Part shown: positions 38,216-47,836 of the stretch, piece after piece
How positions within the stretch are numbered: position 1 is the first letter of the stretch
Layout of the letters: every line of letters starts with the position of its first letter
Assembly (NCBI GenBank): GCA_965237865.1
Contig: OZ250164.1
Coordinates: 1,480,142-1,544,141 of the forward strand
DNA from: Dehalococcoidia bacterium
GTDB lineage: Bacteria > Chloroflexota > Dehalococcoidia > UBA2979
Reading direction: 5' to 3'
DNA length: 64,000 nt
The notes under the pieces: generated by a model
Seen by the model: only the letters and a program-made list of their open reading frames with translations
The model's database searches: none
What the model was told of the DNA's origin: nothing
Translations under genes and position numbers: made by a program

Positions 38216-38941
38216 CTAGTCGGCATCACGCGCCTCCGACTCCTCGCTGTAGACGTCTCCCGTCTCGCGTAGGCCGTACTTCTCAGCCAGGTAGTCGTAG
38301 CGAGGATCCTCACCGGGCGCCGGCGGAGGGCGATTACCCTTCAGCGAGCCGCGCCAACGCTCCGCCCATGTCGTGCCGCCTTCGTTTGGCCTGGCGGGCT
38401 CCAACTCGTCGAGGCCGCGCTTGCGCGCTTTGTACTCCGCGAACGGGCCGGAGTTCGGGTCGGGTGGTGGCAGGCGGAGCTCGGACTTCTGCCAGGCGCG
38501 CCACCGCTCGTCGAGCGACGCCTCTCTGGCGGCTGCGTCCTCGTTCGGCTCAAGGGGCTGAGGGGCCCGCTTGCGCGCGCCTGCGCCGTCGTCCAGCCCC
38601 GGCGGGACACCCCAGTCGATCGGCTGGTCGTCGTCATCCCAACGGACGCCGTGCCGGCCGCCCGTTGCCTCGTCGAGGTAGCGGTAGCGTGGGTGGTTGC
38701 TGCGCGGAGGGGGCGGCTGTTCGCCGCTGCGCCACGCGCGCCACCGCGCCGCCCATACCTTCGCGAACTCGTCAGGCTCTTGATCGCCGATCCACCCGCG
38801 GTCGTCCTGCCCGTCCTCCGCCGCCAGCTCGCGCAGCGCCCCCTCCACCAGCGACGACACCGTGACGCCGCGGGCGCGAGCGTAGCGCTTCGCCGCCGGG
38901 ATCACCTCGGCGTCCACGTTGACCGTGAGCCGCTTCTTCAT
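38216..38941 (-). CDS. Ribbon-helix-helix (CopG/VapB-like) antitoxin with an unusual ~200-aa Trp/Arg/Pro-rich repetitive C-terminal extension
   Basis: Start 'MKKRLTVNVDAEVIPAAKRYARARGVTVSSLVEGALRE' is an RHH antitoxin. Then come internal repeats of the type 'RWRAW..PPPP..DPRY(R/D)YL'. The gene lies directly upstream of the PIN fragment. Confidence 0.65.
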   Translation of the reverse strand: MKKRLTVNVDAEVIPAAKRYARARGVTVSSLVEGALRELAAEDGQDDRGWIGDQEPDEFAKVWAARWRAWRSGEQPPPPRSNHPRYRYLDEATGGRHGVRWDDDDQPIDWGVPPGLDDGAGARKRAPQPLEPNEDAAAREASLDERWRAWQKSELRLPPPDPNSGPFAEYKARKRGLDELEPARPNEGGTTWAERWRGSLKGNRPPPAPGEDPRYDYLAEKYGLRETGDVYSEESEARDAD

Positions 38942-39063
38942 CGCCACGCCGCTCCCCGTGCGCACGTCCTGCACGGGCAGTATACCGGCGAGCGCCCGCG
39001 CCAAGGCGCACCATCCTGCGTGCCCCTTCGCGCTCTGCGCCCGCCCGTGCGAACATCAAGGCA

Positions 39064-40191
39064 TGGACGATCTGCGGCAGCGACTGGCCGAACTGCTCGA
39101 ACGCGTGCGCGATGTGCAGGTGCGGCTTTGACCTGCCCGCACGCGAGCGCGAGCTGATCAAGGCTCGCACGCAGGCCGCCGCCCCCGACCTCTGGAACGA
39201 CTCCGCACGAGCACAGGCGCTGATGAAGCGCGTCGCCCGCCTCGAACGGCAGGTCGAGACCTGGCAAACACTCGAACAGCGCTCCGCCGACCTCGCCGAT
39301 CTCGTTGAGCTCGCCGACGACACGGACGGCGAGGATCACCACGCGCTCGAACGCGACATCGAGGACGAACTCGGCGGCCTCGAGGCGCAGTTCACCGAGC
39401 TGGAGGTGGCGCTCACCCTCGGCGGCCCCTACGACGACCACAGCGCGGTGCTGGCTATCCACGCCGGGGCCGGCGGCACCGAGGCGCAGGACTGGGTGGA
39501 GATGCTGCTGCGCCTGTACCTGCGCTGGGCGGAGCGCCACGAGTACGGCACGCAGGTGGTCTCGATCTCCCCCGGCGACGAGGCGGGCATCAAGTCCGTC
39601 TCGATCCGCATCATCGGCGAGGACGCCTACGGGCTGCTGCGCTCGGAGCGCGGCGTGCACCGGCTCGTGCGGATCTCGCCCTTCGACGCCTCGAACTCAC
39701 GCCACACCAGCTTCGCCCTCGTCGAGGTGATGCCGGAGGCGCAGGACGAGGACATCGAGATCGAGATCCGGCCGGATGAGCTGCGCGTGGACACCTACCG
39801 CGCGAGCGGCCACGGCGGCCAGAACGTGCAGAAGAACGACACCGCCGTGCGCCTCACACACCTGCCGACTGGTATCGTGGTGACCTGTCAGAACGAGCGC
39901 TCCCAGCTCCGCAACCGCGAGTCCGCCATGCAGGTGCTTCGATCACGGCTGCTCGAGATCGAGCTGGAGAAGCGCGAGGCGGAACTCGCCCGGATCAAGG
40001 GCGATCACGTGCAACCGGGCTGGGGCAACCAGATCCGCTCCTACGTGCTCCACCCCTACCGCATGGCCAAGGACCTGCGCACCAACCTCGAGACGAGCGA
40101 CACGAACGCCGTCCTCGACGGCGAGATCGACGACTTCATCTACGCCTGGCTGCGCGAGCAGGTGGGCGTGAACGAGATGGCAGCGAAATGA
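39064..40191 (+). CDS. prfB: Peptide chain release factor 2, with the programmed +1 ribosomal frameshift
   Basis: Frame-0 ORF 'MDDLRQRLAELLERVRDVQVRL' ends at the in-frame UGA within 'GGUGCGG CUU UGA C' (39126-39131). The +1 frame continues into the RF2 body. 'SGHGGQNVQK' is the GGQ motif. Confidence 0.9.
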   Translation, partial: WTICGSDWPNCSNACAMCRCGFDLPARERELIKARTQAAAPDLWNDSARAQALMKRVARLERQVETWQTLEQRSADLADLVELADDTDGEDHHALERDIEDELGGLEAQFTELEVALTLGGPYDDHSAVLAIHAGAGGTEAQDWVEMLLRLYLRWAERHEYGTQVVSISPGDEAGIKSVSIRIIGEDAYGLLRSERGVHRLVRISPFDASNSRHTSFALVEVMPEAQDEDIEIEIRPDELRVDTYRASGHGGQNVQKNDTAVRLTHLPTGIVVTCQNERSQLRNRESAMQVLRSRLLEIELEKREAELARIKGDHVQPGWGNQIRSYVLHPYRMAKDLRTNLETSDTNAVLDGEIDDFIYAWLREQVGVNEMAAK

Positions 40192-41612
40192 GCCTGTTGT
40201 CGCGCACGTCGGCGGCGTTCGGACTCGCGCTAGCGTTCGCCCTCGCCCTCGCGCTCGCCTGGCCGGGCGCGACACGCGCCGAGGGCATCGAGGCGTCCAA
40301 CCTGCGCGTGCGCAGCGAGGATCCGACATCGATCACCTTCAGCGTGCGTGTCGCCGCGCCCGCCGGGCTCAAGGAGGCGGAGCTCGTCTACCGCGTCCTG
40401 AACCCGAAGGAAGGGGACGTCGGCGGGACCGTGGTCCGCGAGGACTTCGAAGCCGGGGAGGAGTTCGATGTCTCGCTCACCCTCGCGACGCGGACAGGGC
40501 GGCGCTACATCCCGGTCGGCTCGCAGTTCCGCTACCACTGGCTCTTCACCGGCGAGGACGATGAGAGCTTCGTCACCGAGGAGCAGAGCTACCTCTTCCT
40601 CGACGGGCGCTACCCGTGGGTCTTCATCGAGGGCGGCGACGTGACCGTCTACTACTACGGCACCAACCACGACCGCGCCGAACGCGTGCTGGAGGGCACC
40701 CGCTCCTCCCTCGAAGCCACCGAGCAGCTGCTGCAGGTGAAGGTTCCGTACCCGGTACGCGTGATGGTCTGGGCCTCCGAGGACGACGGCGACCTGGCGA
40801 TGCGCTCGCGAGGCTTGACCTTCGACCGGCTCGTGAATACCGGCGGCCAGCGGGTGGGGTCCGATCTGCTGTTCGTCTTCGCGGCGACGATCGACGTCGT
40901 GCGCCACGAGGCGGCGCACATCGTCACCGCCATCGCCGGCGACGGCCCCTTCACCCGGATTCCCTCGTGGCTCGACGAGGGCACCGCGGTCTACATGCAG
41001 AGCTCGCAGTTGGAGTACGACGACGCGATCGCCTTCGCGATCGCCGCGGATCGTACGCTGCGCCTGCGCAACCTGGAGTCCCCCAGCAACAACCCGAACC
41101 TGATCAACATCCAATACGGCCAGTCCTGGTCCGTGGTGGACTACCTGATCGAGGAGTTCGGCGAGCAGCAATTCGCCGACCTGTTCCGAATCATCCGCGA
41201 GGGCGCGACCACCGACCGCGGCCTCGAGCAGGTCTACGGCTTCGACCAGGACGGCCTCTACAACCGCTGGCGTGAGGCCAAGGGCCTCGACCCGATCAAC
41301 TACGCGCCGCGCATCGAGGCCACCTCCGCCCCCGTCTCCGAGGCGACGCGCGCGCCCCTCGCGATCCCGACCTCGATCGGCGCAAGCGGCGGCTCAGACG
41401 ACCGTGAAGAGGCGTCGCCGACCGCGACCAGCGAGGCGGCCTCCCCTGCCGCCGGAGCCGGCACGGACAGCGCCGAGCCCGCGGCTGCGGCGGAAGGCAC
41501 GGACGGCGGCGGCTCGAACACCGTCGTGGGCATCGCGGTCGGCCTCGTTGCCCTGCTGCTGGCAGGCGCGCTCGCCGGCGGCGCCATCTACGTCGCGCGC
41601 CGCCCCGGCTAG
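40188..41612 (+). CDS. Secreted, C-terminally membrane-anchored putative zinc metallopeptidase (HEXXH)
   Basis: Signal peptide 'MSLLSRTSAAFGLALAFALALALAWPGATRA'. 'VRHEAAHIV' is the HEXXH motif. Pro/Ala/Ser-rich linker. C-terminal TM helix 'VVGIAVGLVALLLAGALAGGAIYV'. Confidence 0.6.
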   Translation: MSLLSRTSAAFGLALAFALALALAWPGATRAEGIEASNLRVRSEDPTSITFSVRVAAPAGLKEAELVYRVLNPKEGDVGGTVVREDFEAGEEFDVSLTLATRTGRRYIPVGSQFRYHWLFTGEDDESFVTEEQSYLFLDGRYPWVFIEGGDVTVYYYGTNHDRAERVLEGTRSSLEATEQLLQVKVPYPVRVMVWASEDDGDLAMRSRGLTFDRLVNTGGQRVGSDLLFVFAATIDVVRHEAAHIVTAIAGDGPFTRIPSWLDEGTAVYMQSSQLEYDDAIAFAIAADRTLRLRNLESPSNNPNLINIQYGQSWSVVDYLIEEFGEQQFADLFRIIREGATTDRGLEQVYGFDQDGLYNRWREAKGLDPINYAPRIEATSAPVSEATRAPLAIPTSIGASGGSDDREEASPTATSEAASPAAGAGTDSAEPAAAAEGTDGGGSNTVVGIAVGLVALLLAGALAGGAIYVARRPG

Positions 41613-41627
41613 CGGCCGGGCGCGGGG

Positions 41628-42935
41628 ATGAACGAAGGCTTCCCGGACTTCGATCTCTACGAGGAACTTGAGGTCTCCGCGAACGCCTCGCCCGAGGTCA
41701 TTCAAGCCGCCTACCGACGGCTCGCCCGCAAGTATCACCCGGACAGCAGTTCCGAACCGGACGATGCGCGCATGCTGCGGCTCAACGCCGCTTTCGAGAT
41801 CCTGTCGAGGGCAGAGCATCGGCGCGCGTACGACATGTGGCGGGCCGGAATGCCGCGTGCGGATACGCGCGTGGCCGCACCTCGGGATCTGAACCGCGAT
41901 CGGCACGTAGGGCACCCGGAGCAGCGCAGCGACAAGCCAGCCCTGAGCGACCACCAAGCCGCTCACGATCGAGGATCGGACCGTGGACTCTGCTACTCGC
42001 TGTCCTCGCGGTCGGTATTGTCGGTCGAGCCGTCATCGGACAGCTACAGTCCGACGACAGTTCAACACCACCGACCACAACGCGCGCCACGGTGGTGCCT
42101 CGCACTGCAACGACGACACCCCTGCGCCGATCGACTCCCGCGCCGACCCTCAACCGCTCGAACGCCGTAACCGCAACACCAACCCGCGCACAAGGCGCGG
42201 CTCCGTCAATACCCACACCAAGGCCGACGCCTGCGGCGGCGAGGGTCGCCACACCCACACAAGCGCCAACGCCTGTAGCTACGAGGGCGAACACGTCCGC
42301 TCCGGTGCCTACGCCTGCGGCGTCGGGGGCTGACACCCCCACGCCTACGCCCACGCCTGCGGTGTCGATGACCGAGACGCTCACACCCACGCCGACGCCC
42401 ACGGCGGCGAGGGCCGAAACGCCCACTCCGACGCCAACGTCCGCAGCGGCGGAGCCGGCCGCGCCGACTCCCACGCGAACGGCTGCGGCTCCAGAAGCGT
42501 TCGGCGACGGCGTCTACCTCGTACCTTCCGAGGTCGCGCCGGGGACGTACACAGCGACCGATACTGGTCCCTTGTGCGACGTTTACCGAGACAACATCTA
42601 TCGCTTGGCGTCGGGACCGGGACGGGTCACCTTCGAAGTACAAGCGGAGTGGGCCACCATCAGCATCAGCGGCTGCGGGACCTTCGAATCACACACCCTC
42701 AGCCGCCTCGTCGCGTTCGGCGACGGCGTCTACCTGGTCCCCTCCGAGCTCGCACCGGGGACGTACACAGCGACCGATACTGGTCCCTTGTGCGACGTCT
42801 ACCGAGACAACATCTATCGCTTGGCGTCGGGACCGGGACGGGTCACCTTCGAAGTACAAGCGGAGTGGGCCACCATCAGCATCAGCGGCTGCGGGACCTT
42901 CGAATCACACACCCCCAGCCGTCTCATCGCGTTCG
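41628..42935 (+). pseudogene. J-domain membrane protein with PT-rich linker and tandem ~73-aa Cys-containing repeats; 5' portion, likely frameshifted and interrupted by IS21
   Basis: J domain 'DLYEELEVSANASPEVIQAAYRRLARKYHPD'. There is a frame change somewhere in 41870-41990. Then a TM helix 'WTLLLAVLAVGIVG', a Pro/Thr linker, and repeats 'FGDGVYLVPSE.APGTYTATDTGPLCDVYRDNIYRLASGPGRVTFEVQAEWATISISGCGTFESHT'. Confidence 0.55.
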
Positions 42936-43032
42936 TGTCGATCGCCAGGGTCTTCTTACCAGTCGTCGCCAGAGTCATTTGACCACCCTGGGCAGCCGGT
43001 ACGCGGCTTGATATCAGTGCCTGTCTGTGTCG

Positions 43033-43806
43033 TCAATCACCTCCTTGCGGCCGCTCGAGCAGGGCGCGGTGCGGCGAGAGTCGCTGGCGGTAGCTCTCGC
43101 CCTCGATCACGATCTGGTAGCTGGCGTTGGCGAGCCGGTCGAGGGCGCTGTTGCCGAGGATCGGGTCGTCGAAGAGGCCGAGCCACTCCTCGACGGCGCG
43201 GTTGGAGGTGATGACGAAGCTGGAGCTGCGGTGGCGGCCGATGACCAGCTCGTAGAGGTCGATCGACTGCTGTGCGCTGAGCCGGTGGAGCCCGAGGTCG
43301 TCGAGGATCAGCAGGTCGGGGGCGAGGAAGGCGCGGAACGTCTTCTCGGTGGAGTGGTCGGCCCGGGCCTGCGCCAGCTCGCGGAAGTACTGGTCGGCAG
43401 TCACGAAGCGGACGCTGTGCCCGGAGCGGACGGCGGCGTAGCCGAGCGCCTGGGCGAGGAAGCTCTTGCCGACGCCGACGGGGCCGACGAGCAGGACGTG
43501 CTCGCGGCGGTCGAGGAAGCGCAGCGAGCAGGCGGCGTCGAGCAGCCTGCGGTCGAGGCGGACCTGTGCCGACCAGTCGAAGTCCTCGAGCCTGCAGAGC
43601 TGCTCGAAGCCGGCCTGGCGGAGGCGCAGTTCCAGCCGCCCGTGGTCGCGGCGGCTCACCTCGCCGGCGAGGACGATCTGCAGGAAGTCGGCGTAGTCGA
43701 GCCCGTCGCGCCTCGCGAGAGCGATGCGCTCGGGCAGGGTGTCGAGCATCGGGCCCAGCTTGAGGCGCTTGAGCAGCGGTCGGAGTTCGGCGGTCGTGGC
43801 GGTCAT
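43033..43806 (-). CDS. istB: IS21 helper ATPase IstB
   Basis: Walker A 'GPVGVGKS' and Walker B 'LLILDDLG'. The start overlaps the istA stop. Confidence 0.88.
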   Translation of the reverse strand: MTATTAELRPLLKRLKLGPMLDTLPERIALARRDGLDYADFLQIVLAGEVSRRDHGRLELRLRQAGFEQLCRLEDFDWSAQVRLDRRLLDAACSLRFLDRREHVLLVGPVGVGKSFLAQALGYAAVRSGHSVRFVTADQYFRELAQARADHSTEKTFRAFLAPDLLILDDLGLHRLSAQQSIDLYELVIGRHRSSSFVITSNRAVEEWLGLFDDPILGNSALDRLANASYQIVIEGESYRQRLSPHRALLERPQGGD

Positions 43807-45383
43807 CGTGACGCTCCTGTCGTGGTCTGCGTGGCGGTCAGTGCGAAGACGGCGCCGGGGCGGGCGAAGCGGCCCGGCGGCGGGGGCCCGGGCGGCTGCT
43901 GCGGGGTGGTCTCCTGCTCGAGGGCCTCGACGAGGATGCGCTCGAGCCGGCGCACGTCGATCAGCTCGACCTCGAGCGCCCGCAGGCAGGCGGCATCGAG
44001 GCGGGCGGGGGAGTAGCGCTCCGCGAGCCGCAGCAGCTTGTGGCCCTGCCGGAGCTTCGCCCAGGGCAGGGGTCCCTCGAAGAGCCGCTCGGCGTAGCTG
44101 CCCACGGCCTCGCCCAGCTCGGCCGCGCGCCGCTGGATCTGCTCGGGCGCACGCCGCGTGTAGGGGCTGAGCTCTGCCGGGTAGTCGTTCGGGTCGGTGG
44201 CCCGGCCGCCGCGCTGCTGGCGCGGATGGACCTTGAGCAGCGCGCCGCGGTGGTAGATGCGCACCAGCTTCGCGCCGAGTTGCACCTCCACCTTCTGCCC
44301 CGGCGGGCAGAGCTCCGACGGCACCGAATAGAGTGCGTACTGGCAGGCGACGTGGTGGTCTGCGTGGACCGTCGCCGTACGCCAGTCGGGCAGCTCGTAC
44401 GGTTCCCCGTCCCACGGGGCGAGCAGCGGGCGCTCCTCCTCCTGGAAGACCTCGAGCGGGCGCCTGCGGGTCGTGCCGTGGATGCGCTGCCCCGCCACCT
44501 CCAGGCACCAGCGCCGGGCGACGGAGCGCATCTCGGCGAGGTCCCGGAACTGGGCACCCTTGAAGAAGCGCTCGCGCACGTACGGGACGCTGCGCTCGAC
44601 GCGCGGCTTGTCGCGGGGCCGGCGCACGCGTGCGGGGTCGCTGATGAAGCCGCGGTGGCGGGCGTACTCCAGGAAGCCCCGCGTGAAGCGCGGGTGCAGC
44701 GCGTCGGCCCCGGCCACGGCGGCCGGGAAGTTATCGATGACGAGGTAGCGGGGCACGCCCCCGAAACAGGCCCAGGCCGCCTCCAGGCCCTCGATCACCG
44801 CCCCCAGCTGCTGGCTGGTGGTGGGCCAGACGAAGCAGTGCCGCGAGTAGCGCCAGACCACGATCAGCGCCCACACCGTGCGCCGGCGGCCGCTCTCGGG
44901 ATCCGTGACCAGGCCGAGCCGGCCGAAGTCCATCTCGGCGACCTCGCCCGGCGGCCCGTCCTCCATGCGCACGGTCACAGGCTGCCGCTGGCGCCAGCCG
45001 CGGCGCCGGATGAAGCGCCGCAGCGAGCTGTACGAGACCTCGCAGCCGCGCTCGGCCAGCAGCTCCTGGACCCGCGTCACCTGCAGGCGCTCGGCCGTCA
45101 GCCAGCCCTCGATCTGCTCCGCCCACGGCGCCAGCAGCTGCTCGCTCGGCGCCTCCGCCTGCCGCGGCCCGGTCCGGCTCAGCGTCGCCAGGCGGGCGAG
45201 CTGCTCCTCACTCGGCTCGGGACCGCCGGGCTCAAGCCCGGCCGCCTCCGCCGCCTCGATGTAGCGCCGCACCGTCGGCCGCGACACTCCCGTGCCGCCA
45301 GCGATCCGGCGCTGGCTGAGTCCCGCCTGCCAGCGGCGGATGACTTCCCTGATCTCCACGCAATGCACCTCCCGGTAGGCCAT
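43803..45383 (-). CDS. istA: IS21 transposase IstA
   Basis: 526 aa. N-terminal HTH 'IAGGTGVSRPTVRRY'. DDE/integrase core '..YLVIDNFPAAV..'. Confidence 0.88.
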   Translation of the reverse strand: MAYREVHCVEIREVIRRWQAGLSQRRIAGGTGVSRPTVRRYIEAAEAAGLEPGGPEPSEEQLARLATLSRTGPRQAEAPSEQLLAPWAEQIEGWLTAERLQVTRVQELLAERGCEVSYSSLRRFIRRRGWRQRQPVTVRMEDGPPGEVAEMDFGRLGLVTDPESGRRRTVWALIVVWRYSRHCFVWPTTSQQLGAVIEGLEAAWACFGGVPRYLVIDNFPAAVAGADALHPRFTRGFLEYARHRGFISDPARVRRPRDKPRVERSVPYVRERFFKGAQFRDLAEMRSVARRWCLEVAGQRIHGTTRRRPLEVFQEEERPLLAPWDGEPYELPDWRTATVHADHHVACQYALYSVPSELCPPGQKVEVQLGAKLVRIYHRGALLKVHPRQQRGGRATDPNDYPAELSPYTRRAPEQIQRRAAELGEAVGSYAERLFEGPLPWAKLRQGHKLLRLAERYSPARLDAACLRALEVELIDVRRLERILVEALEQETTPQQPPGPPPPGRFARPGAVFALTATQTTTGASR

Positions 45384-45518
45384 CGCTGCTCCCTTCCCTG
45401 GGGATGCAGACGATGCTGGCCGTACCGGCGGCCCGGGTGGTCAATAGACCCTGGCGAAGTGGTCAAAAGACCCTGGCGATCTCGCCGTTTGGTGGTAAAT
45501 AGATCCTGGCGATTCACA

Positions 45519-45939
45519 GTTCGGCGATGGCGTCTACCTGGTCTCCTCCGAGCTCGCACCGGGGACGTACACCGCGACCGATACTGGTCCCTTGTGCGAC
45601 GTCTACCGAGACAACATCTATCGCTTGGCGTCGGGACCGGGACGGGTCACCTTCGAAGTACAAGCGGAGTGGGCCACCATCAGCATCAGCGGCTGCGGGA
45701 CCTTCGAATCACACACCCCCAGCCGTCTCATCGCGTTCGGCGATGGCGTCTACCTGGTCCCCTCCGAGCTCGCACCGGGGACGTACACCGCGACCGGTAC
45801 TGGTCCCTTGTGCGACGTCTACCGAGACAACATCTATCGCTTGGCGTCGGGACCGGGACGGGTCACCTTCGAGGTACAGGCCGAGTGGTCCAGCATCCGG
45901 GTCCGCGATTGCGGAACATTCGAACTCGGCGCTCGATAG
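45519..45939 (+). pseudogene. 3' portion of the tandem-repeat protein gene (repeats 3-4), downstream of the IS21 insertion
   Basis: It resumes exactly at 'GDGVYLV..' and is more than 95% nt-identical to 42496-42930. It ends '..CGTFELGAR*'. Confidence 0.6.
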
Positions 45940-45970
45940 TTGCGGTCTACGTCGCGCGCGGTCCCGGCTA

Positions 45971-47007
45971 GCTGTAGTTCCCACGTAGGTTGTTGCAGGT
46001 GAGGGGGTCCGCCTGCTGCTGTGTGTGTGAAACGAACGCACCAGTAGCAGGAGAGGAGCCGCTCGTGGCACATCCTAACGCGCGTCTGACTCCGGCCACC
46101 CGGCTGGAGCTGGTTCTGGAGGTCGAGGCCGGCTGGTCGCAGGCGGAGGTTGCGCGGCGCTTCCGGGTTTCTCGTGCGACGGTCGCCAAGTGGTGGCGCC
46201 GCTACCGGGAGGAGGGTGCGGCTGGTCTCCGCGACCGCAGCTCCGCTCCGCGTTCCAACCCGCGCCGCACCGCAGCCGCGCTCGAGCAGCGCATCTGCGC
46301 CGTGCGCCGCGGCCAGGGGTTCGGGCCGCACCGCATTGCCTGGGCGCTCGGGATCGCCCGCTCCACCGCCTACGCCGTGCTCAGGCGCTTCGGTCTCAAC
46401 CGCCTCGACCGCCTGCACCGCGTCACCCGCGCGGTGGTCCGCTACGAGCACTCCGCCCCCGGCGACCTGCTGCATATCGACGTGAAGAAGCTGGGCCGCA
46501 TCCCCGAGGGCGGCGGACACCGCGTGCGCGGGCGCTCCGCCGCGACCCCGCGCACGCGCGGCCTCGACTACCTGCACGTCGCCGTGGACGACCACAGCCG
46601 CTACGCCTACGTCGCCGCGCTGCCCGACGAGCGCGGCGCGAGCTGCGCCGCCTTCCTCGAGCAGGCGCTCGCCGCCTTCGGCCGCCGCGGCGTGCGCGTG
46701 CGCGGCGTGCTCACGGACAACGCGAAGGTCTACACCGTCTCCGGCGACTTCCGCCGCGCGGCCGCCGCCGCTGGCGTGGAACTGCGGCACACCCGGCCCT
46801 ACCGCCCGCAGACCAACGGCAAGGCCGAGCGCTTCACCCAGATCCTGCAGAACGAGTGGGCCTACGCCTGCCCCTACCGCTCCAACGCCGAGCGGCTGCA
46901 CCAGCTCCCGCGCTGGCTCTACCGCTACAATGCTCGCCGGCCACACGGCGGTATCGGCGGGGCTGTCCCCGCCTCACGCTTGTAAACAACGTTCGTGGGA
47001 AGAACAC
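45971..47007 (+). mobile_element. IS481-family insertion sequence (~1.04 kb) inserted at a CTAG site, with CTAG duplicated
   Basis: Imperfect inverted repeats 'TGTAGTTCCCACGTAGGTTGTT' and 'AACAACGTTCGTGGGAAGAACAC'. CTAG lies at 45967-45970 and at 47008-47011. Confidence 0.75.
46066..46985 (+). CDS. IS481-family transposase (rve integrase core)
   Basis: 'VAHPNARLTP..RLEL' N-terminal HTH. 'LLHIDVKKLG', 'RPYRPQTNGKAERF' and 'YNARRPHGGIGG' are typical IS481/IS3-type DDE motifs. Confidence 0.85.
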
Positions 47008-47835
47008 CTAGCGGCCGGGGATGATGAGGCCGCCCGGGGTCGTGGGCGGCTGGCGGGCGAGTCCCTGCGCCTCGCGGGCGGCGAACTCTTGCGCCTGGTC
47101 GACGTCCATGAAGGGCGAGACGAGGATGCGCTCGCGGATCACCGGCTCCGAGTCGTCGGCGGCGACGCGCTTCAGCTGCTCGATCAGGTCGTTCTCGTCC
47201 CAGGCGCCCGTGAAGCGGCGGCCGTTGACCAGGAGTACCGGGATCTCGGAGACCATCCGCGCCTGCGCCAGCCGCGGGAACTCGGAGATCTCGATCACTT
47301 CGAGGCGCACCCGCCGCGCCTCGACCGCGAAGGCCGCGACGACCCGCAGCGTGTAGGCCGAGTACGGGTCGTAGGGTGCGACGAGCAGCTCCAGCCGCAG
47401 CTCCTCCTCGAGCTCGTGCAGCGCCTCGCGCGTCTCCGGGTTGATCGGCGCGACGCCCGCGCCGACGTAGACGAGCGCGTCCATGAATGCGGTGAAGAGC
47501 AGCCCGGACCAGAGCCCCGTGAAGCGGATCTCACGGCCGTTGCGCCCGCGCAGCACCGTCACGGGCGGGCGCTCGATGCCGGCCTCGGCGGCGCGGTCGG
47601 CGTGCCTGTCGATGTCGTAGGGCGTGAGCGAGATCAGCGGGTGCAGCGACGCGAGCTGCCTCGTGGCGGTGGAGACGGGTTCACAGAACATGCAGGGGTC
47701 GCGGTCCGTGCGCACGAGCGCGGATTCGCGCTGCGTCCAGGTCTCGATCGCGACGGGTCCGGCGAGGCGCTCCGAGAGGTATTTCGCGATCGCGGGCCGT
47801 TGTTCGCGCGGGATTACCGGTTCGCTGCTCACCAC
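47008..47835 (-). CDS. Protein disulfide oxidoreductase (tandem thioredoxin/glutaredoxin-like folds, CXXC)
   Basis: 275 aa. 'DPCMFCEP' is the CXXC motif. The two-domain layout resembles the PDO of thermophiles. Confidence 0.6.
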   Translation of the reverse strand: MVSSEPVIPREQRPAIAKYLSERLAGPVAIETWTQRESALVRTDRDPCMFCEPVSTATRQLASLHPLISLTPYDIDRHADRAAEAGIERPPVTVLRGRNGREIRFTGLWSGLLFTAFMDALVYVGAGVAPINPETREALHELEEELRLELLVAPYDPYSAYTLRVVAAFAVEARRVRLEVIEISEFPRLAQARMVSEIPVLLVNGRRFTGAWDENDLIEQLKRVAADDSEPVIRERILVSPFMDVDQAQEFAAREAQGLARQPPTTPGGLIIPGR

Positions 47836-47836
47836 C

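Larger units (their letters stand above)
42936..45518 (-). mobile_element. IS21-family insertion sequence (2,583 bp) with 5-bp target-site duplication GTTCG
   Basis: Ends 'TGTCGATCGCCAGGGTCTTCTTACC..' and '..GGTAAATAGATCCTGGCGATTCACA'. Both carry multiple 'CGCCAGGGTCT(t/a)TTGACCAC' sub-terminal repeats. 'GTTCG' flanks both sides (42931-42935 and 45519-45523). Confidence 0.85.

Noticed and set aside
44040-45971. 643-aa plus-strand ORF across the IS21 element and repeat region
   Set aside because: It is antisense to istA. The apparent repeats in its translation are just the other-frame reading of the true tandem repeats.
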